NCBI GenBank assembly: GCA_052390235.1
Contig: JBQTHB010000002.1
Span: 96,001 to 160,000 of the forward strand
DNA: 64,000 nucleotides
Direction of reading: 5' to 3'
Source of the DNA: Deltaproteobacteria bacterium
GTDB taxonomy: Bacteria > Desulfobacterota_D > UBA1144 > Nemesobacterales > CSP1-2
Shown one piece after another: positions 20,261 to 31,538 of the stretch; positions within the stretch are counted from its first letter, which is position 1, and every line of letters starts with the position of its first letter. The translations under genes and the position numbers were made by a program. The notes beneath the pieces are model-generated. The model searched no databases, had not been told where the DNA came from, and saw only the letters and a list, made by a program, of their open reading frames with translations.

Positions 20261-23200
20261 ATGATTCCTATAAAGCTCTCTCTGAGCAATTTCCTCAGCT
20301 ACGGCGAAGCGGTGCCCTCGCTCGATTTCACGGGATTTAGCCTCGCGTGTCTCTCCGGCGCAAACGGCCACGGCAAATCCGCCCTGATTGACGCCATAAC
20401 CTGGGCGCTTTGGGGCAGGTGCAGGGTCAAGGCGAAGGACGAGGTCATAAGGCGCGGGCAGTCGGAGGCGCGGGTTGAATTTGAATTCGAGGCGGAGGGG
20501 GTTCGCTACAGGGCACTGAGGTCAATAAAAAAGAGGGCGGGTGGCTCGGCTCAGTCGGTTGAGTTTCAGGTTTTCGACCCGGGCCCAGGGGTTTTCAGAG
20601 TGGTTGAAAGCGGGGCGAAGGTTCAGGGCGCGATTGAGAAGACGCTCAAAATGGGCTACGAGTCGTTTGTCTGCTCCTCGTTTATTCTGCAGGGAAGGGC
20701 CGATGAGTTTACGAAAAAACCTCCTTCGGAGAGGAAAGAGATTCTCGCCTCAATCCTAGGGCTTGAAACGTATGAAACCCTCTCCAGGGCGGCGAGGGAG
20801 CAGGCGAATCTCCATAAGATTAAAGAAGAGGGCTTTGCCTCGGAGCTCCTGCGCATTGAGCCGGAACTCTCGATGAGAGATAAATTGCTCTCCCTTATCG
20901 AAGAGGCTCGGGCAAGGGAGTCCGAAGCAGAGGGAAAGCTCAGCCTCGCCGAGCGGGAATACGAAGCGGTTATAGCGCAGATACAGGCTCTAAGAGCCGA
21001 TGAAGCCCGAAGAGCGAGCCTCGCCGAGGGCAGAGGTGTTGCCGAAGCGGCGGCGGCATCTCTCAGAGGGGAGGCGAAGAGGCTGGGGAGTGCAATTAAT
21101 GAAGCAGGGAAGCTCGCCGCAAGAAAGGGGGAAATCGAAGACGGATTTGCCCTGCTCCGCCAAGCCGCCGCCGAAGAGTCCATTCTGTCGGATAAATTGA
21201 TAAATCACACCGCCCTTAGAGCCGAACTCGATGCCCTGCTTAGGGGCATTGCGGATGCGCGCTCCCGCCTTGAAAGCCAGCTCGAAGGGCATCGGGGGGC
21301 GGCGTCGGAAATGCAAAAAAGGCTCTGCGAAGTAGAAGAGTACCTGCGGCAGGAGGGCGATATAGCGCGCGGCTTCGAGGCGCTGAGGCGCGTCGAGGGG
21401 CTATTGCGGGAGTGTCAGGGGAGAAAAGCCGAATGCGAGGGATTGGCGATGCAGAAATTCAAAATCGCCGCCGAAATTCAAAAGGCTCGCCTTCTCGTTG
21501 AATCCGAAATCCGCGAGTCTCACAAAACAACTGCCGCCCTATCGCAAAAGGCAAGCCGGCGGGAGGACTTCCGTTCCGAATGCGAGCGATTAAGAGCAGG
21601 TATTGCCTCGAAGCTCAAAACGCAGTCCGAAGCCGAGGCTATGCGCGAGGGATTAGCCCAAAATCAGAAATCCGCCGAGCTTGCCCGCTCTCGCCTAGAC
21701 GGGCTACTGAGCAGAGAGCAGGAGGAATCCGACAAGCTCCGCGTCGTAGAGTCTCACGCCGACAGGACACATTGCCCGCTCTGCGACTCTGAACTGGGGC
21801 GAGAGGCAAAGCTCCTGCTTGAAGACAAACTCCGCCTTGTTGTGGGGGAAATCAGGGGAAATATCGAGTATCAGAGGCGGGAAATATCTCGCCTGCAGGC
21901 TGAGGGGAGCGCGCTTGCGGGGCGAATAGAGTCCGCCGAGCGCGAGGCTGAATCCAGCGCTCTGCTGAATGAGAAGCTCTGGAAAGCCGAGTCGCTCCTG
22001 CAGGAGGCAGTGTCCGCGCTCGGAGAGCTGGAAATCGAATCCGAGAAGGAGGCAACCCTCTGCCAGACGCTCGAAAGCGGGGATTTCGCCCGCGCCGCTA
22101 TCGAGGAGATGCGCAGGGTTGAAGCCGGCATTGAATACCTCGCCTATGACGAAGCGCGGCATCTGAAAATCGCCGCGGAAGCCGAATCGCTGAGGCATTT
22201 TGAGGCGCTCTCTATCAATTTGCAGAGGGAGAAATCTGCCAAGAGCCAAATCGAGGCCGACGTTCAACGCTCGGAGGAGAAAATCAAATCCCTGCAAAGC
22301 GCAATTGACGCGGGTCATTTCGCCCCGGATTCCCGCGATAGGGCGTCCCAAGTTGAGGATGAAATCCAGAGAGAGGGCTACGACGAGGCGGCTCATAAAA
22401 ATCTGAGAGTGAAACTCTCCGAGCTGCGAAAATACCAATCCGAGAAAAATGCCCTAGAAGGCGCCGAGCGGGATTTATCTCGCCTTGAGGGAGAACTCAG
22501 CAGGACTCTGGCAAGGCTCGATTCGGAGGCGGAATCGCTTGCGAGGATTGACGCCGAGATGGAAAAACTCGCAGAATCCCTGAGCAGACGTGGAGCGGCA
22601 GAGCAGAGGCAGGCGTCGGTTCAGGGTGAGATGTCGCGCCTTAAGTCTCTCAGAGAGGGCGCTTTGACCGAGAAGATTCAACTCGCCTCGGAGCTTGAGA
22701 AAATTAGCCGCCTCGCTCTAAGACGCGATGAACTTACCGCCGCCTCCCGCGCTTCATCTCGCGCCGCTTGGGTTTATCGAGAACTCGATAGAGCCTTTGG
22801 GAGGAAGGGGATTCAGGCGCTCATTATCGAGGGCGCAGTCCCTGAGATTGACAACGAGGCGAATCGGATTTTGAGGAAACTCACAGATGGCGCCATGGCC
22901 CTATCCATTGAGCTTCAGAGGGCGGGACAGCGAGGGGGCGAAATTGAGACGCTCGATATTAAGATTTCGGACTCGGCCGGCACGAGGAGCTATGAGAGCT
23001 ATTCCGGGGGCGAGGCTTTCCGAATTGATTTCGCGCTTCGGGTCGCAATATCGAAATTCATCGCAAATCGCTCCGGCGCAAGCCTCAGAACCCTCGTTGT
23101 TGACGAGGGGTTCGGCACTCAGGACAGGGACGGACTCGGGCAGTTCGTTCAGGTGATAGGGGCGATTAGAGACGACTTCGATAAGATTCTCGTTATTACG

Positions 23201-23293
23201 CACGTTGAGGAGCTTAAGGACAGGTTTCCTGTGAGGATTGAAGTGCATAAGGAATCTGGAAAGGGGTCGAGTTTTGAGGTTATATATCTATAA
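20261..23293 (+). CDS. sbcC: SbcC/Rad50-family SMC ATPase
   Basis: Walker A GANGHGKS, long coiled coils, central Zn-hook CPLC, signature YSGGE, Walker B VVDEGFG. Confidence 0.88.
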   Translation: MIPIKLSLSNFLSYGEAVPSLDFTGFSLACLSGANGHGKSALIDAITWALWGRCRVKAKDEVIRRGQSEARVEFEFEAEGVRYRALRSIKKRAGGSAQSVEFQVFDPGPGVFRVVESGAKVQGAIEKTLKMGYESFVCSSFILQGRADEFTKKPPSERKEILASILGLETYETLSRAAREQANLHKIKEEGFASELLRIEPELSMRDKLLSLIEEARARESEAEGKLSLAEREYEAVIAQIQALRADEARRASLAEGRGVAEAAAASLRGEAKRLGSAINEAGKLAARKGEIEDGFALLRQAAAEESILSDKLINHTALRAELDALLRGIADARSRLESQLEGHRGAASEMQKRLCEVEEYLRQEGDIARGFEALRRVEGLLRECQGRKAECEGLAMQKFKIAAEIQKARLLVESEIRESHKTTAALSQKASRREDFRSECERLRAGIASKLKTQSEAEAMREGLAQNQKSAELARSRLDGLLSREQEESDKLRVVESHADRTHCPLCDSELGREAKLLLEDKLRLVVGEIRGNIEYQRREISRLQAEGSALAGRIESAEREAESSALLNEKLWKAESLLQEAVSALGELEIESEKEATLCQTLESGDFARAAIEEMRRVEAGIEYLAYDEARHLKIAAEAESLRHFEALSINLQREKSAKSQIEADVQRSEEKIKSLQSAIDAGHFAPDSRDRASQVEDEIQREGYDEAAHKNLRVKLSELRKYQSEKNALEGAERDLSRLEGELSRTLARLDSEAESLARIDAEMEKLAESLSRRGAAEQRQASVQGEMSRLKSLREGALTEKIQLASELEKISRLALRRDELTAASRASSRAAWVYRELDRAFGRKGIQALIIEGAVPEIDNEANRILRKLTDGAMALSIELQRAGQRGGEIETLDIKISDSAGTRSYESYSGGEAFRIDFALRVAISKFIANRSGASLRTLVVDEGFGTQDRDGLGQFVQVIGAIRDDFDKILVITHVEELKDRFPVRIEVHKESGKGSSFEVIYL

Positions 23294-23327
23294 GATGCGG
23301 GATTCACGATGCGAGGATAAATAGCAG

Positions 23328-23924
23328 ATGCACTGGCTCGACGTTGTCATAGCCGCCCTGATTTCACTATTCGCCCTGTTCGGCGTCAGGAGCGGTCTGA
23401 TTCGAGAGCTATTCTCGGTGGTTGCGGTCGTCGCTGGGATGGCGGCGGGGGTCATTTTCCACGAAATAGCGGCTGAGGCGTTCGTTCGGTACGGGCTGGT
23501 GGGCAACAGACCCATTGCGAGCGTCGCCGGTTTTATTGCCGTGATGTTTGCCGTTTATGCGGTCGTACAGCTTGCGGGCTGGGCGATTGGCGGCATCATC
23601 GGCTCGCTTCACCTCAATTGGCTTAATCGGCTATTCGGCGGGATATTCGGAGCAATTAAGGGCGGAGCCATAGCGTTTTTGCTCATATCGGCGATTGGGT
23701 TTTTTTATGCGGACAATGAGCCTCCCCTGCGCGGCTCGGCGTTGATTCCGTATCTGAACCGCGCTTATTCGGTTCTCAGGGACGCAGTGCCGGATAATTT
23801 TACCCAGAGGGTTCAGAGCGCGAGAAAGCTCATTCAGGACAAAGGCATTGCCGCCGCCGCCCGGGAAGCCGAGAAAATTAAAGAACTCATGAAAGACTCC
23901 AAAGAGAATCCAGAAGAGCAGTAA
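23328..23924 (+). CDS. cvpA: CvpA-family membrane protein
   Basis: MHWLDVVI...[22 protein letters not shown]; four TM segments. Confidence 0.85.
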   Translation: MHWLDVVIAALISLFALFGVRSGLIRELFSVVAVVAGMAAGVIFHEIAAEAFVRYGLVGNRPIASVAGFIAVMFAVYAVVQLAGWAIGGIIGSLHLNWLNRLFGGIFGAIKGGAIAFLLISAIGFFYADNEPPLRGSALIPYLNRAYSVLRDAVPDNFTQRVQSARKLIQDKGIAAAAREAEKIKELMKDSKENPEEQ

Positions 23925-23961
23925 TCAAAATTTATTGAACCGCAATCGAGGTTTCAGCGCC

Positions 23962-24963
23962 ATGATAGGATTAACCACGCTGGATGAATTCATAATAGGG
24001 CGGCACCGGGAGTTCCCCTACGCCGCCGGGGAGCTATCTCGCCTTCTGCGGGATATAGGGCTTGCCGCAAAGGTGGTCAACCGCGAGGTCAACAAAGCGG
24101 GCTTGGTGGATATTTTAGGGCTAGCCGGTTCGGTCAACGTTCAGGGCGAGGAGGTCAAAAAATTAGACATTTTTGCCAATAAACGCTTCATTGCCGCGCT
24201 GAGGCTCGGCGGCGAGTGCGTCGGCATTGCCTCAGAGGAAAACGAGGATTTCATCACATTTGGCGATGAAATCTCCCGCCGCGCGAACTACGTTGTCGCC
24301 ATAGACCCGCTCGACGGCTCTTCTAACATTGACGTTAACGTCTCGGTCGGCACGATTTTCTCAATCTACAGGAGAATATCCCAAGGCGGCGCGTGCGCCC
24401 TTGAGGATTTTCTTCAGCCTGGCGTGGAGCAAGCCGCCGCCGGATACGTCGTCTATGGCTCGTCAACGATGCTCGTCTATACGACGGGCTACGGGGTCAA
24501 CGGATTCACGCTCGACCCCTCGATAGGGGAGTTCTGTTTGTCCCATCCCGATATGAAAATCCCGAAATCGGGCAAAACCTACTCGACTAATCAGGGCAAC
24601 TTTGCCAGCTTTCCCGAAGGGGTTAAAAACTACATCCGCTACTGCACCGAAGAGGATAAACCCACGAAACGCCCCTACGGACTGCGGTACATAGGCTCGA
24701 TGATAGCCGATTTCCATAGAAACCTCATCACGGGCGGGATTTTTATCTACCCCCCTACTAAGGACTCCCCACAGGGGAAACTCCGGCTCCTCTACGAGGC
24801 AAACCCCGTCGCTTTTATCGTCGAGCAGGCGGGTGGACGGGCTTCGGACGGCTCAAGGCGCATCCTCGATATTAAGCCCTCGGCGCTTCATGAGAGAGTG
24901 CCGCTTTTTATCGGCTCGCAGGAGATGGTTCTCAAAGCCGAGGAGTTTATTCGGGGGAAATAG
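23962..24963 (+). CDS. fbp: Class 1 fructose-1,6-bisphosphatase
   Basis: [29 protein letters not shown]. Confidence 0.95.
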   Translation: MIGLTTLDEFIIGRHREFPYAAGELSRLLRDIGLAAKVVNREVNKAGLVDILGLAGSVNVQGEEVKKLDIFANKRFIAALRLGGECVGIASEENEDFITFGDEISRRANYVVAIDPLDGSSNIDVNVSVGTIFSIYRRISQGGACALEDFLQPGVEQAAAGYVVYGSSTMLVYTTGYGVNGFTLDPSIGEFCLSHPDMKIPKSGKTYSTNQGNFASFPEGVKNYIRYCTEEDKPTKRPYGLRYIGSMIADFHRNLITGGIFIYPPTKDSPQGKLRLLYEANPVAFIVEQAGGRASDGSRRILDIKPSALHERVPLFIGSQEMVLKAEEFIRGK

Positions 24964-25366
24964 TAAATTATCGCGCCGCCTTATAAACCGGCGTCTCCAT
25001 CGCTTATCCCGTAGAAAATCTGCGGCGTTTACGATGGCATAGGGGGAGGGGATTTGCAAATTCCCGGCTAACCCCCCAGCTGCTTAACAGTCCGCGGCGT
25101 ACCCGCACAGAAATTCCCACAATTGACCGCCGCTCTGAATAGGGTCTGCGCAGTCTCCGGGTCGGCGAAAATCCAAGACGCAGAGGCTTTGGTAGCCGAA
25201 TCTGACATCGGCGGGATGTCTGTAAATGGATTGTAAAGGGGATGTCTTCTCCTTGCCTCTTTTGCCCAATCCCCACCCCTGAACCCACAGCCGTTATTTG
25301 CGCATCGCCCCTTTTTGGGGTATAAATTTGCGGCTTAAACAAATACTAGGGGGGATATGCGAATTG

Positions 25367-26413
25367 ATGGATTTCGGACAACTTGCAAGTGAAATAACCG
25401 AGAGGTCTCAAATTCCGGTCTCTACGAGGGATATTGAGAGAGTCCTTGGGGCGCTCAAGAGGACGAAACTCCCGTGGGAGCTTGCCGACCTCGCCGATTT
25501 CCCCGTGCCTGCGGTGTTTGAATCCGTGAAAGCGCTGGAAGAAAAGGGGTTTGTCGCCGTCTCCTCCGCCGGATTTAAACTCACCAGCGAGGGGAAGCGC
25601 CTTGCCGAGGGTGTTCCCGCCCCCGAAGACCTGTCCTGCGAGGATTGCGAGGGCAGGGGGATTTCCATAGCGAAATTCGCCGAAGTCGAGGAGAGATTTC
25701 TCAAAATCCAGAAAAGGCGCCCGCCGGCAATTATTAAATTCGACCAAGGCTATGTAACTCCCAGAACGTCCGTATCGAGGCTCGCCCTCGCCTATGAGAG
25801 AGGAGACGTTGCCGGGAAAGATATTCTCCTGCTCGGAGACGACGACTTAATGAGTGTAGTGTTTGGGCTATCGGGTCTTGCCAGGAGCATCACGGTCTGT
25901 GAAATTGATGAGAGGATTGTAAATTTCATCGGCGAGACAGCCGCCGGAGAGGGATTCCGGGTTGACGTAAAGCAGTTTGACCTACACCGCCCGCTTCCCA
26001 AGGAACACGCCAAGCATTACGACACTTTCCTGTGCGACCCGCCCGAAACCCTCAAAGCCGCCGAGGCCTTCATAGGGCGCGGTATCGGCGCTCTTCGCTC
26101 CGTCGGATGCGCCGGATACTTTGGATTCACGCGCCGCGAAGCCTCCCTCACAAAATGGCGCGACGTTCAAAAGACGCTTCTTAAATACGGCATCGTGTTC
26201 ACCGACATCCTCCACAACTTCAACGAGTACGTCAACTGGGACTACGCCGAGGAAACGAGGGCTTGGCGTCTCGCGCCGATGAAAGTGATGCCGAAGAAAA
26301 GCTGGTACCGCTCGGCGCTGTATAGGTTTGAAACGCTCGAAGGTTTTAGGGGAAACTCCAGAGACTACGGCGACGAGAATATCTACGACGACGAGGAGAG
26401 TTCGACCACCTGA
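25367..26413 (+). CDS. bpsA: Branched-chain polyamine synthase (N4-bis(aminopropyl)spermidine synthase)
   Basis: FDQGYVTP, GDDDL, DPPET, GYFGFTRREASL, CxxC (CEDC), C-terminal DEESSTT, all matching the BpsA/DUF43 family as I recall it. Confidence 0.82.
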   Translation: MDFGQLASEITERSQIPVSTRDIERVLGALKRTKLPWELADLADFPVPAVFESVKALEEKGFVAVSSAGFKLTSEGKRLAEGVPAPEDLSCEDCEGRGISIAKFAEVEERFLKIQKRRPPAIIKFDQGYVTPRTSVSRLALAYERGDVAGKDILLLGDDDLMSVVFGLSGLARSITVCEIDERIVNFIGETAAGEGFRVDVKQFDLHRPLPKEHAKHYDTFLCDPPETLKAAEAFIGRGIGALRSVGCAGYFGFTRREASLTKWRDVQKTLLKYGIVFTDILHNFNEYVNWDYAEETRAWRLAPMKVMPKKSWYRSALYRFETLEGFRGNSRDYGDENIYDDEESSTT

Positions 26414-26521
26414 GCCTAGGTTACAGAGATATATCCCGATGCGGCGGCACGTCTTGAGGTATAAAAGCTCCCAATCATCAGGCGGAGTGGGGTGACGACG
26501 CGCAATAATATATGAAAGAAA

Positions 26522-29500
26522 ATGCCGAAACGAAACGATATAAAAAAAATCCTAATCATCGGCTCAGGCCCAATAGTCATTGGTCAGGCGTGCGAGTTTG
26601 ACTACTCCGGCACGCAAGCCTGCAAGGCCCTCAAGGAAGAGGGATATGAAATCGTCCTTGTCAACAGCAACCCGGCGACGATAATGACCGACCCAGCCCT
26701 CTCGGATAGAACCTATATCGAACCTCTCACACCGCAAATCCTCGCCAAAATCATCGAAAAAGAACGCCCCGACGCCCTGCTTCCCACCATTGGCGGACAG
26801 ACCGCGCTGAACCTCGCCGTGGAGCTTGCCGAGGGCGGTGTGTTGGATAAATACGGCGTCGAGCTTATAGGGGCGAAACTTCCGGCGATAAAAAAAGCCG
26901 AAAACAGGGAACTGTTCAAACAGGCGATGATTGACATTGGGCTTGAAGTGCCTCAAAGCGGCATCGCCCACACAATGGACGAGGCGTGGAGCGTCGTAGA
27001 GCGCGTCGGATTTCCGGTCATCATACGCCCCTCCTTCACGCTAGGCGGCACGGGGGGGAGCGTCGCCTACAATAGAGAGGAATATGAAGAGTTCGCAAAA
27101 TCCGGGCTTGAGGCGTCTCCGACAAGAGAGATTCTGGTTGAAGAGTCCGTGCTTGGATGGAAGGAGTTCGAGCTTGAGGTGATGAGGGACTGCGCGGACA
27201 ACGTCGTCATCATCTGCTCAATAGAGAACTTCGACCCGATGGGGGTTCACACAGGCGACAGCATCACCGTAGCCCCGGCTCAAACCCTCACCGACAGAGA
27301 GTATCAGAGGATGAGGGATGCCTCCATCCGCATCATCCGCGAAATCGGCGTTGACACCGGAGGCTCGAATATTCAGTTCGGCGTCAATCCCAAGGACGGC
27401 AGGATGGTCGTTATCGAGATGAACCCGCGCGTCTCCCGAAGCTCCGCTCTTGCGTCTAAAGCCACCGGTTTTCCCATAGCTAAAATTGCCGCAAAGCTCG
27501 CCGTCGGCTACACGCTCGATGAGATTCCAAACGACATCACGCGCTACACCCCGGCGTCCTTCGAGCCTGTGATTGACTACGTTGTGGTGAAGATTCCGAG
27601 ATTCGACTTCGTGAAATTCCCCCAGACCTCGCCCACTCTCTCGACTCAGATGAAATCAGTCGGCGAGGTAATGGCTATCGGCAGGACGTTTAAGGAATCC
27701 CTGCAAAAGGCGATGCGCTCACTTGAGATAGACTCGTTTGGGTTTGAGTCCAAGTCGGCAGACGGGGGAAAAATCCGAGAGAAATTAAGAGCGCCCAATC
27801 CTGAGCGGCTCTGGTATATCCTCGATGCGATGAGAGCCGGATTCTCAGATGAGGATATTTACCGCCTCACGTGGATTGACCCGTGGTTCTTGGAAAATCT
27901 GCGGCAGATACTCCAGATGGAAGAGGAGATTAAAACCCACTCGCTTCAGAGCGTTCTCGACGGGCTTCCCGCCCCGATACTCAGGCGCGCAAAGGAGTTC
28001 GGGTTCTCGGACGTGCGCCTTGCGGAACTGCTCGGAATCCCCGTGAGCGAGGTAGAACTCATGAGGGCGGAGGCGTTGATAAAGCCGGTCTATAAGATGG
28101 TTGACACGTGCGCCGCAGAATTTGAAGCGCTTACGCCGTATCTGTACTCGACTTACGAGAGGGAGGACGAAGCCCGCCCCACGGGGAGGCGTAAAATCGT
28201 GATTCTCGGCGGAGGGCCTAACAGGATTGGGCAGGGAATTGAGTTTGACTACTGCTGCGTCCACGCGTCTTTTGCCCTGAAAGAAGAGGGCTTTGAGACG
28301 ATAATGATCAACTGCAACCCGGAGACCGTCAGCACGGATTACGACACATCTGACAGGCTCTACTTTGAACCCCTAACCCTCGAAGACACGATGGCGGTAA
28401 TTGATAGGGAAAAACCCGATGGAGTGATAGTTCAGCTCGGAGGGCAGACCCCCCTTAAGCTCGCCCTCGCGCTTGAGGCAAGGGGGGTAAAAATCATCGG
28501 CACATCCCCTGAGAGCATTGACCTTGCCGAAGACCGCGAGAGATTTCGCGAATTAATCATAACTCTCGGACTCCGTCAGACCGAAAGCGCCGTAGCGAGG
28601 AGCGAGCCCGAAGCCCTCCGTGTGGCAAAGCAGGTCGGATACCCAATTGTCGTGAGACCATCCTACGTTCTCGGAGGAAGGGCGATGGAGGTCGTGTATT
28701 CCGAGGACTCACTCAGGCGCTACATTAAAGAAGCCGTCCGCGTCTCGCCGAATCATCCGATACTAATAGACGAATTCCTAAGCGATGCCAAAGAGGTTGA
28801 CGTTGACGCCATTTGCGACGGCGAGGCAGTCGTAATAGGCGGGGTGCTGGAGCATATCGAAGAGGCCGGGGTGCATTCGGGGGACAGCGCAATGGTGCTT
28901 CCGCCGTTCTCGCTGGACGAGGGGCTTATAGCGCAAATCAAGAGCCAAACCCGCCAGCTTGCCCTTGCCCTGAAGGTGATAGGGCTTGTGAATATTCAAT
29001 TCGCCGTGAAAGATGGAGAAATTTATATCCTCGAAGTGAATCCGCGCGCAAGCCGCACCGTGCCTTTCGTGAGCAAGGCTATCGGGGCGCCGCTCGCCAA
29101 AATCGGGGCGAAAGTGATGGCCGGGAAAACCCTCGCCGAGCTTAGATTTACCGAAGAGGTCATCCCCAAGTACATCTGCGTGAAGGAGTCGGTGTTTCCA
29201 TTTATTAAATTCCCCGGAGTGGATACGATACTAGGCCCTGAGATGAAGTCCACGGGCGAGGTCATGGGGATTGACTCTGCCCTCGGACGGGCGTTTGCCA
29301 AATCCCAAATCGCGGCGGGAACAAACCTCCCGCTTGCAGGCACGGCTTTTATAAGCGTCAAGGACGACGATAAGCCCAAAGCGGCGGCGGTTGCGGCAAA
29401 ACTCGCGGAGCTTGGGTTTCAAATCATGGCGACATCCGGCACGGGGGCGTATTTTGAGGCTCTGGGAATCCCCTGCAGAAAGGTCAATAAAGTTGCCGAG

Positions 29501-29746
29501 GGGAGACCGAACGTGGTTGACCACATCAAAAACGGCGAAATCCGCCTTGTCGTCAACACCACTTTTGGACAAAACGAAGTCGCCCAGTCCTACTCCATCA
29601 GGAGGACGGCGCTTGTGAGAGGAGTCCCGTACTTTACGACGATTTCCGGGGCGAACGCCGCCGCCTGGGGGATTGAGGCACTCAAAAACGAGGGACTCGA
29701 CGTAAGACCCCTTCAAGATTACTATAAAACCGGTATAATTGGTTAA
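26522..29746 (+). CDS. carB: Carbamoyl-phosphate synthase large subunit
   Basis: [17 protein letters not shown], duplicated ATP-grasp domains, MGS domain. Confidence 0.98.
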   Translation: MPKRNDIKKILIIGSGPIVIGQACEFDYSGTQACKALKEEGYEIVLVNSNPATIMTDPALSDRTYIEPLTPQILAKIIEKERPDALLPTIGGQTALNLAVELAEGGVLDKYGVELIGAKLPAIKKAENRELFKQAMIDIGLEVPQSGIAHTMDEAWSVVERVGFPVIIRPSFTLGGTGGSVAYNREEYEEFAKSGLEASPTREILVEESVLGWKEFELEVMRDCADNVVIICSIENFDPMGVHTGDSITVAPAQTLTDREYQRMRDASIRIIREIGVDTGGSNIQFGVNPKDGRMVVIEMNPRVSRSSALASKATGFPIAKIAAKLAVGYTLDEIPNDITRYTPASFEPVIDYVVVKIPRFDFVKFPQTSPTLSTQMKSVGEVMAIGRTFKESLQKAMRSLEIDSFGFESKSADGGKIREKLRAPNPERLWYILDAMRAGFSDEDIYRLTWIDPWFLENLRQILQMEEEIKTHSLQSVLDGLPAPILRRAKEFGFSDVRLAELLGIPVSEVELMRAEALIKPVYKMVDTCAAEFEALTPYLYSTYEREDEARPTGRRKIVILGGGPNRIGQGIEFDYCCVHASFALKEEGFETIMINCNPETVSTDYDTSDRLYFEPLTLEDTMAVIDREKPDGVIVQLGGQTPLKLALALEARGVKIIGTSPESIDLAEDRERFRELIITLGLRQTESAVARSEPEALRVAKQVGYPIVVRPSYVLGGRAMEVVYSEDSLRRYIKEAVRVSPNHPILIDEFLSDAKEVDVDAICDGEAVVIGGVLEHIEEAGVHSGDSAMVLPPFSLDEGLIAQIKSQTRQLALALKVIGLVNIQFAVKDGEIYILEVNPRASRTVPFVSKAIGAPLAKIGAKVMAGKTLAELRFTEEVIPKYICVKESVFPFIKFPGVDTILGPEMKSTGEVMGIDSALGRAFAKSQIAAGTNLPLAGTAFISVKDDDKPKAAAVAAKLAELGFQIMATSGTGAYFEALGIPCRKVNKVAEGRPNVVDHIKNGEIRLVVNTTFGQNEVAQSYSIRRTALVRGVPYFTTISGANAAAWGIEALKNEGLDVRPLQDYYKTGIIG

Positions 29747-29846
29747 TCTCGAAAACGGCTCTCCCCCGCGACGCTATTTTCCCCTGCAACTGCCGTTTAC
29801 GCGATGAGATTTATATCTAACAATCAAGGGGAGTAAATCAGCAAAA

Positions 29847-30323
29847 ATGTCAATCGAAAGAGTGCCGATAACGCCAAATGGATTCAAGAAACTCCAAGAA
29901 GAACTCCACCGCCTCAAGACCGTAGAGCGTCCGTCGGTTATAAAAATGATAGAATTTGCGAGGTCTCTAGGAGACCTCTCCGAGAACGCCGAATACGAAA
30001 CGGCGAAACACCGCCAGAGCTTCATAGAAGGGAAAATTCAGGACCTGGAGAGCAAAATCGGGAGAGCCGAAATCATTGACCCCCGATATCTGCCCAATAA
30101 AGACCGCGTTATGTTCGGCGTGCGCGTTACGATAGAGGATTTGGAGACAGGGGCGACTCTGGCTTATCAGCTCGTCGGGGCGGACGAATCCGAGCCTGAG
30201 AACGGGCTGATTTCTGTAACCTCGCCGATAGGACGCGCCCTTGTGGGCAAGCACGTGGACGACGAGGTGAAGGTGCAGACCCCGGGCGGGCTGAGAGAGT
30301 TTATAATTCTTAATATCGAATGA
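29847..30323 (+). CDS. greA: Transcription elongation factor GreA
   Basis: GDLSENAEY, ISVTSPIGRALVG. Confidence 0.95.
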   Translation: MSIERVPITPNGFKKLQEELHRLKTVERPSVIKMIEFARSLGDLSENAEYETAKHRQSFIEGKIQDLESKIGRAEIIDPRYLPNKDRVMFGVRVTIEDLETGATLAYQLVGADESEPENGLISVTSPIGRALVGKHVDDEVKVQTPGGLREFIILNIE

Positions 30324-30380
30324 GATGCGGCGATAGGCAGTGGGCGTCTCTATATGTAGTTGCCAAAAATCCCGCGTGAA

Positions 30381-31157
30381 TTAAACCATTAGCCGCTTTT
30401 TTATTCTCGCCACGGCAAGCATGAAAGCCGCCGCCCCGATGACGCCAAGCACAATGACGTGCTGAAGCATCCCCCAATTTAAATCCCCCATGACTAGCCC
30501 CCGCGAAAGCTCCACCGAGTGGTAAAGGGGGGTCAAAAAGGCAAGCGTTTGCACCCACTCCGGCAGATTCGAGAGCGGAAAAAACACCCCAGAAAGGAAG
30601 TACATAGGGGCCATGAAAAGCGTAAAATAGTAGCTGAAAAAATCCCATGACCTCGCAAAAGACGTGAACAGCATAGCCATCGAGGCAAATACGAATCCAG
30701 TTAGCCCCACCGCTATAGGCGCTAATGCCGCCGCCACCGAGGGAATCAGCCCGAAGAGCGCGAGGAACAACATCATGACTAGGCTCGCAAAAACGGCTTT
30801 CGTGGATGCGAACATCACCTCGCCCGCCACTACCTCGTCAATATTCATCGGGGTAGAAATTATGGCGTCGTAGGTTTTTTGCGTCGTCATCCGCGCGTAA
30901 GCCCCAAATGTGCATTCAAACGAAGCCGAGTTCATGGCGGTATAAGCTAATAAACCGGGGGCGATAAACTGCATATAGCTCACTCCCTCGACGCTAGAGA
31001 CCATGGGGCCAAACCCATAACCAAGCCCAAGGAGATAGAGAAGCGGCTCTCCGACGTTGGCAACGATGCTCGATTTGTAGAATTTTGTCCATACGAGCAG
31101 ATTCCTCCGCCACATCCAGCGGCATCTCCTGCTGATATTGGGAATTGCATCAATCAT
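30381..31157 (-). CDS. ABC-2 type exporter permease (NodJ-like)
   Basis: EPLLYLLGLGYG, YMQFIAPG, FLSGVFFP, PLYHSVEL. Confidence 0.85.
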   Translation of the reverse strand: MIDAIPNISRRCRWMWRRNLLVWTKFYKSSIVANVGEPLLYLLGLGYGFGPMVSSVEGVSYMQFIAPGLLAYTAMNSASFECTFGAYARMTTQKTYDAIISTPMNIDEVVAGEVMFASTKAVFASLVMMLFLALFGLIPSVAAALAPIAVGLTGFVFASMAMLFTSFARSWDFFSYYFTLFMAPMYFLSGVFFPLSNLPEWVQTLAFLTPLYHSVELSRGLVMGDLNWGMLQHVIVLGVIGAAAFMLAVARIKKRLMV

Positions 31158-31264
31158 TGGCGTATCTCCATTGCTATTTGCGTTCCAATTATCTCAGAAC
31201 TTGGGTTGATTACTCTAGCGGGCGCGCAGTTAAAACTAAAGTTAGCCGAAAGCCCATCAATCAG

Positions 31265-31530
31265 TGTCATTTCGAGCGATGGCGGGAAATCCTAAATTAG
31301 ATTCCTCATACCGATACTTATTATTGTCATTCCCACGAAAGTGGGAATCCACTGTTCGACTCCGCTCCCTTCGACGCAGTTTATAGCGAGCTTAGTCGAA
31401 CTACTCGGGGTGAAGATGAAATGGATTCCCGCTCTGAAGACTACGGGAATGACAGATAGGCTCTGCCATTATCATACTTCTGCCATTCCGCTCTACTCAC
31501 TGGTGTCATTTCGAGCGTAGCGAGAAATCT
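31265..31530. repeat. Cluster of TGTCATT-tagged palindromic REP-like repeats
   Basis: TGTCATTTCGAGCG...GAAATC at 31265-31292 and 31504-31530; TGTCATTCCCACGAAAGTGGGAATCCA at 31325-31351 with inverted partner TGGATTCCCG...CGGGAATGACA at 31422-31453. Confidence 0.75.
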
Positions 31531-31538
31531 CTCCTTCT

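Noticed and set aside
31265..31530. CRISPR array
   Set aside because: Repeats are non-identical, in mixed orientation, irregularly spaced, and no cas genes are present.
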